DNA of 64,000 nucleotides from Candidatus Dojkabacteria bacterium (GTDB lineage: Bacteria; Patescibacteriota; Dojkabacteria; SC72): the NCBI GenBank assembly GCA_040767225.1, contig JAXGOY010000003.1, forward strand, positions 2,031 to 66,030. The letters are read 5' to 3'. The position numbers and the translations under genes were made by a program. This document shows, piece by piece, positions 17,105 through 24,481 of this stretch; positions within the stretch are counted from its first letter, which is position 1; each line of letters starts with the position of its first letter. The notes beneath the pieces are model-generated. The model was not told where the DNA came from. It searched no databases and was given only the letters and a program-made list of their open reading frames with translations.

Positions 17105-19572
17105 AGATTTTTAATTCTTTCTTCTATCTTCTCTCTTATCTTTCCAAATTCTTTATCGCTTAATGTTTTATTTTGATGTTCAATAGTAATTCTTAAAGTG
17201 ACATTTTTAGAGTGTTCTGATTTCTGATAAATATCAATACACTCTATTGTAGCTACTCTATCTCTTGTGTTTATAATCTGTAGCACACTGTTTTCTATAT
17301 CGCAGTACTTTATAGAACTTGGAACTGTAAAGCAAACATCCTGTGATATGGAAGGAAACTTAGAATCAAAAACTCTTATTGTTTTAGGTTTAATTATCTT
17401 GAGCAACTCCTCAAGATTTATTTCAACAGCAGCTGTAAAATCAGGAAGCTTAAAATTGTTTTTTACCTCATAATCTATGTCCCCTATTATCCCTATTATA
17501 CTTTCTGTCCCATCTGTATGATATTTTATTAATGCAGATTGATTAGGATTAAAGGTAGGGATAATACATTTTATCCATATTGGTAAATCCGTTTGAGAGG
17601 ATAATGAGACAAGTTCATATGAGATATTCTCTATTCCTATTGAATTAAATATTTTCTCTGCATATCTTTTTATTTGATAATATGGACTCCCATTTATGAA
17701 CTTTTCTTTTGATGAGAATACCATTGATAAATGCCAATCCTCTTTTGGAAGCTGAAAGTTATCCATATATCCTTTTTGATGAGGAATATTAAATTCATAT
17801 ATACACAATGGGGAAATATTTTTTTGAATATTCTCCTTAGCCTTTTGCAAAAGTGAGGTAAGTATTGAGATTCTCATAAACTCAAGTTCTGGAGATAGGG
17901 CATTCTTAATATGGTATGCAAAGTTTGGATCTTGTTTTGCACCTAACAATGTTTCTTTGCCTGTAAAGCTGTAAGTATCAAGTTCATTGCAACCACTGTA
18001 TGTTAAGATATTTCTTATCTTTTCTTTTAATGCAATCTTTTCATTTAATACTACTGCATTTATCTCTCTTGTAGGGAGTTTAGGTAAAATGTTTTCATAT
18101 CCATATATTCTTCCTACATCTTCATATATATCTTCAGGAATAGAGATATCAGTTCTAAATACTGGTGGAATTATAGTGATATACTCATCATCTTCTTTTG
18201 TAATTTCATACTCAATATTTAAAAGGATATTCTTAATTTCCTCTTTTGACAGATTAGTTCCTAAGTGTGAATTTAATCTAGATACTGATAGGGACAGTTT
18301 TTTAGGTTTTGTAGGTTCAGGATATATATCAATGACATTAGATGCCACTTCCCCATTGGCAAGTTCTTGTACAAGTTCTGCAGCTTTGAGCAAAATTGGA
18401 AGACATAGCTGTGGAGCTTGTCCTCTTGTAAATCTTGTTACAGCCTCAGTGAATATGCCGAGTTCCATTGAAGTTTTTCTGATACTGTACTTGTTAAAAT
18501 TGGCACTCTCAATAATGATATTCTTTGTATTGTTATCTACTTGTGTATCAATGCTCCCTATTACTCCTGCAATGGCAATAGGATTAGTTGAGTCTGCTAT
18601 AACTAGATTATCTTCACTAAGCTCTACAATATTTCCTTCTAGTGTGTGAATTCTCTCACCGTTTTTTGCGAGTCTAACTGTAATATGAGCAGTACCATCT
18701 TTTGTTAAATCATTCTCTACCAGTTTGTCATAATCAAAAGCATGAAGAGGCTGAGCTGTAATAACTGATAAGTAATTTGTAATATCTACTACATTGTTTA
18801 TTGGTTTTATTCCTGATTTAAGAAGTACTGATTTCATCCACACTGGTGACTCTTTAATTTGGATATTTTTGATTGCAACACATGTATATCTAGGACATAG
18901 GTTTTGCATTTGATTATCAACTTTAATTGGGAGAGTTTCTTTTACATTTATATCTGATGTTGTTTTCAGATACCACTCTGGACTTTTGAATAGGATATTT
19001 TGAGCTGCAGATATCTCTCTTGCTAAACCAAGAATTCCAAATAGATCTCCTCTGTTTGTAAGTGCTTTATTCTCTATATCTACTACTACATCATCAAATT
19101 GATAATACTGAGCAAAGGGAACTCCAACAGGAGCATCTTCTTCTAGTACCAGTACATGTGTATCATCTGGGCCAATATTTAGCTCTTTTTGAGAACATAA
19201 CATTCCATTTGATGCTATGCCTCTCATATTTACAGCTTTAATTTTAACAGGCTGTGATGTTGCATAGCTGTATGGAACGATGTGTCCAACAGTTATATAT
19301 GCTACCTTATCACCTACCTTTAAACTTTTGTCTCCCGCTACTACCTGAATTTCTTTTTCTTCCCCTATATTTATCATATACACTCCTAATTTGTCTGCAT
19401 TAGGATGATCTTCTTTTTTTGTAATTTGAGCAATAACAATACCTTCATACATCTTTGAAAAATCTGTTACCTCTTCAACCTCTCCTATCTTTGTTGAAAT
19501 TATATTTACTATCTCTTCTGTACTTAGTGTACATTTACTAAACTCTTTTATACTCTTAATAGGTAATTTCAT
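17101..19572 (-). CDS. pheT: Phenylalanyl-tRNA synthetase beta subunit
   Basis: 823 aa. N-terminal tRNA-binding domain (HPNADKLGVYMINIGEE...), B3/4 and B5 domains. Immediately downstream of pheS. Confidence 0.93.
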   Translation of the reverse strand: MKLPIKSIKEFSKCTLSTEEIVNIISTKIGEVEEVTDFSKMYEGIVIAQITKKEDHPNADKLGVYMINIGEEKEIQVVAGDKSLKVGDKVAYITVGHIVPYSYATSQPVKIKAVNMRGIASNGMLCSQKELNIGPDDTHVLVLEEDAPVGVPFAQYYQFDDVVVDIENKALTNRGDLFGILGLAREISAAQNILFKSPEWYLKTTSDINVKETLPIKVDNQMQNLCPRYTCVAIKNIQIKESPVWMKSVLLKSGIKPINNVVDITNYLSVITAQPLHAFDYDKLVENDLTKDGTAHITVRLAKNGERIHTLEGNIVELSEDNLVIADSTNPIAIAGVIGSIDTQVDNNTKNIIIESANFNKYSIRKTSMELGIFTEAVTRFTRGQAPQLCLPILLKAAELVQELANGEVASNVIDIYPEPTKPKKLSLSVSRLNSHLGTNLSKEEIKNILLNIEYEITKEDDEYITIIPPVFRTDISIPEDIYEDVGRIYGYENILPKLPTREINAVVLNEKIALKEKIRNILTYSGCNELDTYSFTGKETLLGAKQDPNFAYHIKNALSPELEFMRISILTSLLQKAKENIQKNISPLCIYEFNIPHQKGYMDNFQLPKEDWHLSMVFSSKEKFINGSPYYQIKRYAEKIFNSIGIENISYELVSLSSQTDLPIWIKCIIPTFNPNQSALIKYHTDGTESIIGIIGDIDYEVKNNFKLPDFTAAVEINLEELLKIIKPKTIRVFDSKFPSISQDVCFTVPSSIKYCDIENSVLQIINTRDRVATIECIDIYQKSEHSKNVTLRITIEHQNKTLSDKEFGKIREKIEERIKNL

Positions 19573-19575
19573 ATA

Positions 19576-20604
19576 TTAAAACTGTCTTAAGAAATTAATA
19601 TCTCCATCTCTTAGTTTACGAATATCAGTTATTTTTCTTTTAATCGCAACAAGCCTATCTACCCCTACTCCCCATGCAAAACCAGTATACTTTTCTGGAT
19701 CTATTCCTCCTGCAGTTAAAACATTAGGGTGAATCATTCCACATCCCATTAATTCTATCCATCCGCTATATCCGCATGTACTACATCCTTTCTTTTTACA
19801 AAATGGACAGCTTATTACAAATTCGGTATCAGGTTCTGTAAATGGAAAATATGCAGGCTGCATTTTAATTTCAAGTTTTGTTTCAAGGTATTTTTCTAAA
19901 TACTCTTTTATTGTTGCCTGCATATTACTCATTGATATATTTTCATCTACATATATTCCCTCTATTTGATAGAAGGTGTGTTCATGACTTGCATCAGTTG
20001 CTTCATTTCTAAAACATCTCCCTGGGAGTACTACTCTAATAGGGGGAGGAGCAAATCTTCTTAAAGCTCTGTTTTGCATTGTAGAGGTATGTGCAGGAAG
20101 TACAAAATTTTCATCTGTCCAAAATGTATCATACATATCTCTGGCAGGGTGTCCTTTTGGAAAGTTTAAACTTTCAAACATATGAAAGTCATCATCTATT
20201 TGTCTGCTTTCAAGAACATCAAATCCCATACTTGTAAATATATCAAGCATTTTTTTAAGTTCTTGTGCAATTGGATGAGAAGAACCTTTTAAATCTAATA
20301 TCCTTGGTCTTTTTTGACTATCAGTATTAATATCAAATGGTGCAGTTGGATCTATCGTTCTCTTAAATTCTTCATTGTGAATTTCTGTAGATTTGTTTGT
20401 TATTCTCTCCTCAATTTCTTTTTTCATTCTATTAAGTTCAATTCCATACTCTTTTCTTTTTGTAACTTCTACATTCTTGATATCCTTAAACATTAAAGTA
20501 ATTATTCCATTGGGAGAGAGATACTTTTGTTTTAGCTGCTCTGCCGTAAGTGAGGAAATGTCTTCAAGTAAAGATTTTTTAATATCATCTAGATTGTACT
20601 CCAT
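19576..20604 (-). CDS. pheS: Phenylalanyl-tRNA synthetase alpha subunit (with Cys4 insertion)
   Basis: Class II core FPFTEPDTEF...GWIELMGCGMIHPNVL, FAWGVGVDRL. Inserted CPFCKKKGCSTCGYS between motif-2 strand elements. Confidence 0.93.
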   Translation of the reverse strand: MEYNLDDIKKSLLEDISSLTAEQLKQKYLSPNGIITLMFKDIKNVEVTKRKEYGIELNRMKKEIEERITNKSTEIHNEEFKRTIDPTAPFDINTDSQKRPRILDLKGSSHPIAQELKKMLDIFTSMGFDVLESRQIDDDFHMFESLNFPKGHPARDMYDTFWTDENFVLPAHTSTMQNRALRRFAPPPIRVVLPGRCFRNEATDASHEHTFYQIEGIYVDENISMSNMQATIKEYLEKYLETKLEIKMQPAYFPFTEPDTEFVISCPFCKKKGCSTCGYSGWIELMGCGMIHPNVLTAGGIDPEKYTGFAWGVGVDRLVAIKRKITDIRKLRDGDINFLRQF

Positions 20605-20671
20605 TTTAAAAATGTAAGAATATTATCTTAAAAGTATACAATATTATGTTTTAAAGATTAAGTTAAAACAA

Positions 20672-20693
20672 AAAGACTTAGTAAAAAGTCTTT
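20672..20693 (-). terminator. Hairpin terminator/attenuator between rplT and pheS
   Basis: Perfect inverted repeat aaagactt/aagtcttt (8 bp stem, 6 nt loop), followed on the minus strand by TTTTGTTTT. Lies in the 111-nt rplT-pheS spacer. Confidence 0.45.
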
Positions 20694-20715
20694 AAAATGT
20701 ATATATTTGCAGGAG

Positions 20716-21054
20716 TTATATAGATTTAATAATAAAGGAGAAAACCTCAGGTTCGTTTACTGCTATATCAGACAGTACTTTTCTATTTAATTCAATATTC
20801 TTTTTCTTTAATCCACTAATTAAAGTATTGTATTGAATCCCATTGTTTTTACATGCAGCATTAAGTCTTGATATCCATACCTGTCTAAATTGCCCTGCTC
20901 TTTTTCTTCTATCATTGTACGAGTATTGTCCTGCATGCATTGCTGACTCATGAGCAACCTTGTACAGTTTGCTTTTAGTCATTCTATATCCTTTAGTCTT
21001 TGCTAAAACTTTATTATGTCTTCTTTTTCTTGTTGTCCCAGTTTTAGTTCTCAT
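20716..21054 (-). CDS. rplT: 50S ribosomal protein L20
   Basis: MRTKTGTTRKRRHNKVLAKTKGYR..., 112 aa, canonical L20. Confidence 0.95.
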   Translation of the reverse strand: MRTKTGTTRKRRHNKVLAKTKGYRMTKSKLYKVAHESAMHAGQYSYNDRRKRAGQFRQVWISRLNAACKNNGIQYNTLISGLKKKNIELNRKVLSDIAVNEPEVFSFIIKSI

Positions 21055-21060
21055 AATCTG

Positions 21061-21276
21061 TTACTTTAAATTTACAACTTTTCTTTTTAATCTTTTTGCA
21101 TTTGCAGGATATACGATTTTATCATCATCTTGTCTTCTTTTTGATTTAGCAGACCTTTTAGTCCTTAGATGTCCCTGATGACTCTGTTTGTACATCATCT
21201 TTGCTTTCCTGTTCCCCTTTGGATTGGAAAGCTTTATTCTCTTTATTGCTGTTTTGTTTGTTTTTTGTCTTGCCAT
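21061..21276 (-). CDS. rpmI: 50S ribosomal protein L35
   Basis: MARQKTNKTAIKRIKLSNPKGNRKAKMM..., basic 71 aa. The ORF-track start at 21312 adds 12 non-conserved residues; internal Met preferred. Confidence 0.85.
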   Translation of the reverse strand: MARQKTNKTAIKRIKLSNPKGNRKAKMMYKQSHQGHLRTKRSAKSKRRQDDDKIVYPANAKRLKRKVVNLK

Positions 21277-21796
21277 CTCCTTTGAATGTAATTGAAATAC
21301 TATTTGATTCACTCTTAGGTTCGGATTCGATACTACTATATTCAGAAAAATTAGTCAATATTTGACTAAATACCTCTTTCATCTGCTGGTACGGCTGTCT
21401 TCCTTTTCTAGTAACTGTAATTTTAACAGGATGTCCTTTTTCTAGGAATTCCAATGCTCTTCTTATTCTTGTATCCATATCATATTTGTCAATTACTACA
21501 CTAAATCTAAACTCTTTTAACTCTTTTGCCCTACCGGCCTTATTCTTTCTTTGTTTTTTCTTCTGTTCATATATATATTTTGAATAATCCATTATTCTAC
21601 ATACAGGTGGATTACTGTTAGCTCCTACTTCTACTAAATCTAGTTCTGCATCTCTTGCCTTTTGAAGTGCAACATATGTATCTGTTTCTCCAATATTTTT
21701 ACCACTACTGTCAATTAGTAATACTTTTGGTACTCTGATTTGTTCATTTACTCTTGTACCTAAGTCTTTCTTAACTCTTTGATTATTAAAATCCAT
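21158..21796 (-). CDS. infC: Translation initiation factor IF-3 with low-complexity C-terminal extension overlapping rpmI
   Basis: IF-3 N- and C-domains (VPKVLLIDSSGKNIGE..., KELKEFRFSVVIDKYDMDTRIRRALEFLEKGHPVKITV). About 60-aa Ser/Glu/Lys-rich tail runs about 119 nt into rpmI in another frame. Confidence 0.85.
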   Translation of the reverse strand: MDFNNQRVKKDLGTRVNEQIRVPKVLLIDSSGKNIGETDTYVALQKARDAELDLVEVGANSNPPVCRIMDYSKYIYEQKKKQRKNKAGRAKELKEFRFSVVIDKYDMDTRIRRALEFLEKGHPVKITVTRKGRQPYQQMKEVFSQILTNFSEYSSIESEPKSESNSISITFKGDGKTKNKQNSNKENKAFQSKGEQESKDDVQTESSGTSKD

Positions 21797-21820
21797 TTAT
21801 TAAAGATATTATAAATAAAT

Positions 21821-23578
21821 TTATTTATGTTTTTTTAATCTTATCTCTTCAAGAAGATAATCAAGGAACTCTTGTTTTTTCATTAATCCTATCTCTTTAT
21901 TTAACCTTGACCTTATTGATACAGTTTCTGTTTCTATTTCTTTGTCTCCTACTATTGCAAGATATGGGATTTTTAATTTCTCTGCATCCCTTATCTTTGA
22001 CTGCATACTTTTTGTTCTATCATCCAAAGTTACCCTTATACCATTTTCATTAAGAAGAGTAGAAATCTCCTGTCCATATTTAATATGTTTATCAGAGATT
22101 GGAATAACTGTTACCTGATCAGGTGCAATCCAAAGAGGAAAATCTCCTGCGAAGTGTTCTATTAAGAATGCAAAGAATCTCTCAAATGAACCAATGAGTG
22201 CTCTGTGTATTACAAAGGGCTGTTTTTCTTGTCCATCTGCATCCACATATTTAATATCAAATCTTTCTGGGAGATTAAAATCTAATTGAAGGGTAGATAT
22301 TGAATCTTCTTTACCATACACATTAACTGCTTGTACATCTATTTTAGGTCCATAAAATGCAGCATCTCCTGGCATTTCTTCAAACTCTACCTTTCTATCT
22401 ATTAATGCTTTTCTTAAAATATCTTCTGAAAACTGCCATTTCTCAATATCTCCTGCATATTTATCAGGATTTTTCTCTCTATCAGATAAAGAGAGTCTGA
22501 ATCTGTAATTTGTAAACCCTATATCTTTGTAGAATATATCGAGAAGATCAAGAGTTTCATTAATTACTCCTTCAAGCTGATCTTGTGTACAGTAAATATG
22601 AGCATCATTTTGGGTAAATCCTCTTACTCTCTGTAATCCATGCAGCTCTCCAGTTTTCTCATACCTGTATACAGTACCAAATTCTCCTAGTTTTAAAGGT
22701 AAATCTCTGTAACTTCTTGTTTCCATTTTATACACCATCATTCCCTCTGGACAGTTCATTGGTTTAAGGTAGTAGTTCTCTTCATCAACTTTAATTGGAG
22801 CATACATAGAGTCTTTGTAAAAGTTCAGATGACCAGATATTTTAAATAGTTCCTCTCTTACAATGTGAGGAGTTAGTATATGCTGGTATCCATGTGCTCT
22901 TTCAAGGTCAAACATATAGTTTTCAAGAATTCTTCTCATTGTGTATCCTCTTGGAAGCCATACAGGTAGTCCTTGTCCTATTTCAGGGATAATTGCAAAA
23001 AGTTTTAACTGTTTTCCTAATGCCCTATGGTTATACTTTTCTGCATTTTCTAAATCCTGTAGATATTTTTTAAGCTCTGCTTTTGTTTCAAATGCTGCTC
23101 CATATATCCTTGTAAGCATTTTTCTGTTCTCATCGCCTTTCCAATATGCACCAGCTGTTTTAATTAATTTAATAGCCCCTATTTCACCTGTATTGGCAAC
23201 ATGAGGGCCTCTGCATAAATCTACAAACTCCTGCTGTCCTGTTACAAAGAAACTAAGCTCTTTATCAGGTATTTCTTCTAAAAGCTCTAGTTTATACTCT
23301 TGTCCTATATCTTTAAGATACTTAATTGCATCTTTTCTTTTCATAAAAATCTGAGTTATTGGTAACTTTCTTTTTATGATTTTTTTCATTTCATCTTCAA
23401 TTGGCTTTAGATCTTTTTCTTCAATAGGTTGAGAGAATTCAAAGTCATAGTAAAAGCCATTTTCTATTGCAGGTCCTATTCCTAATTTAGAGTCAGGGTA
23501 TAGTTTTAATACTGCTTGTGCTAGTACATGTGAGGCAGAGTGTCTCATTCTTTCTAATTTTTCTTCATTATTATCCAT
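21821..23578 (-). CDS. thrS: Threonyl-tRNA synthetase (lacks N-terminal TGS domain)
   Basis: Editing-domain HxxxH (RHSASHVLAQAV), class II catalytic core and C-terminal anticodon-binding domain. 585 aa. Confidence 0.95.
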   Translation of the reverse strand: MDNNEEKLERMRHSASHVLAQAVLKLYPDSKLGIGPAIENGFYYDFEFSQPIEEKDLKPIEDEMKKIIKRKLPITQIFMKRKDAIKYLKDIGQEYKLELLEEIPDKELSFFVTGQQEFVDLCRGPHVANTGEIGAIKLIKTAGAYWKGDENRKMLTRIYGAAFETKAELKKYLQDLENAEKYNHRALGKQLKLFAIIPEIGQGLPVWLPRGYTMRRILENYMFDLERAHGYQHILTPHIVREELFKISGHLNFYKDSMYAPIKVDEENYYLKPMNCPEGMMVYKMETRSYRDLPLKLGEFGTVYRYEKTGELHGLQRVRGFTQNDAHIYCTQDQLEGVINETLDLLDIFYKDIGFTNYRFRLSLSDREKNPDKYAGDIEKWQFSEDILRKALIDRKVEFEEMPGDAAFYGPKIDVQAVNVYGKEDSISTLQLDFNLPERFDIKYVDADGQEKQPFVIHRALIGSFERFFAFLIEHFAGDFPLWIAPDQVTVIPISDKHIKYGQEISTLLNENGIRVTLDDRTKSMQSKIRDAEKLKIPYLAIVGDKEIETETVSIRSRLNKEIGLMKKQEFLDYLLEEIRLKKHK

Positions 23579-23736
23579 TTTAGTAATTATACAAAATTAA
23601 TATATGCTATATTTCTAGGAAAACATTTGCATGAAAAGTTTAACATTAAAGACATGTTGAGTATACAACTTTATGAATTTTAGATTTGTTAATACCAAAT
23701 TTCTTGTACATCTTCTTTATTCTATATCTTTTACTT

Positions 23737-24468
23737 TTATTTAACAATATACAATGATATTGAATTTAAACCAAATTCATATGTATCTACCCTTTTAATA
23801 TGTTTTAGGTTTAGTTTATCAATAGGGTATCTCTTAGGATGTTTAATTATAAAAGCGCCCTTAAATTTCTTTGTTTTTGGATTTTTAACACCAGGAAGGA
23901 GAGATGATGCATCATTTATTATTCTTTCCATCTTCTCTACCCTTTTTGTATTGTATAGCTTGTATGGAGGATCCATAAATATAATGTCCCATGTCTTATC
24001 ACTCTCTTTATATTTTTGTATAAAATCCTCTACTTTACTCTTAATTACCTCTGCCTGAGGAAGAAATCCTGTATGAGCTACATTCCTTTGTATTATTATA
24101 TTTCCTTGCTTTGAAGCATCTACTAATGTTGCCTCTTTTGCACCTCTTGAGAGTGCTTCTAGTGCAAATGAACCTGCTCCTGCATAAAGATCTAAAATAC
24201 TTTTGTTTGCTATATCACTTCCTAATACATCAAATATTCTTACTTTCATCCTATCAGTAAGTGGTCTTGTATTTCTTGGTATTTCTATTTTAAAGTTTTT
24301 TGCTTGTCCTGCTGTAATTCTTACAAATGTAGAAATAGTAGGTTCTTTACTAAGGAATCTCTCTTTTAGAAATTCTTGTTCCCTTTGTTCATACTCTTCC
24401 CAGCTTTCTACTTTATGCTTAGTTTTTTCTTTTCTTAATTTTTTAGATGAATCGAATTTTAAACTCAT
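23737..24468 (-). CDS. rsmD: 16S rRNA (guanine966-N2)-methyltransferase RsmD-like with charged N-terminal extension
   Basis: LDLYAGAGSFALEALSRGA (SAM motif I), IFMDPPY (N6/N2-MTase DPPY motif). About 55-aa Lys/Glu-rich N-terminal extension. Confidence 0.7.
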   Translation of the reverse strand: MSLKFDSSKKLRKEKTKHKVESWEEYEQREQEFLKERFLSKEPTISTFVRITAGQAKNFKIEIPRNTRPLTDRMKVRIFDVLGSDIANKSILDLYAGAGSFALEALSRGAKEATLVDASKQGNIIIQRNVAHTGFLPQAEVIKSKVEDFIQKYKESDKTWDIIFMDPPYKLYNTKRVEKMERIINDASSLLPGVKNPKTKKFKGAFIIKHPKRYPIDKLNLKHIKRVDTYEFGLNSISLYIVK

Positions 24469-24481
24469 GGGATGTATTTTA

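Noticed and set aside
21277-21312. Upstream ATG start (21312) for rpmI adding MNQIVFQLHSKE
   Set aside because: L35 proteins begin with the basic M(A/P)K... segment. The 12 extra residues are non-conserved and lie inside the infC coding extension. Internal Met at 21276 preferred.
23579-23736. Possible T-box or other leader upstream of thrS
   Set aside because: Only 158 nt are available and no T-box specifier/antiterminator-like conserved sequence (AGGGUGGNACCGCG) is present. More likely a plain promoter region.
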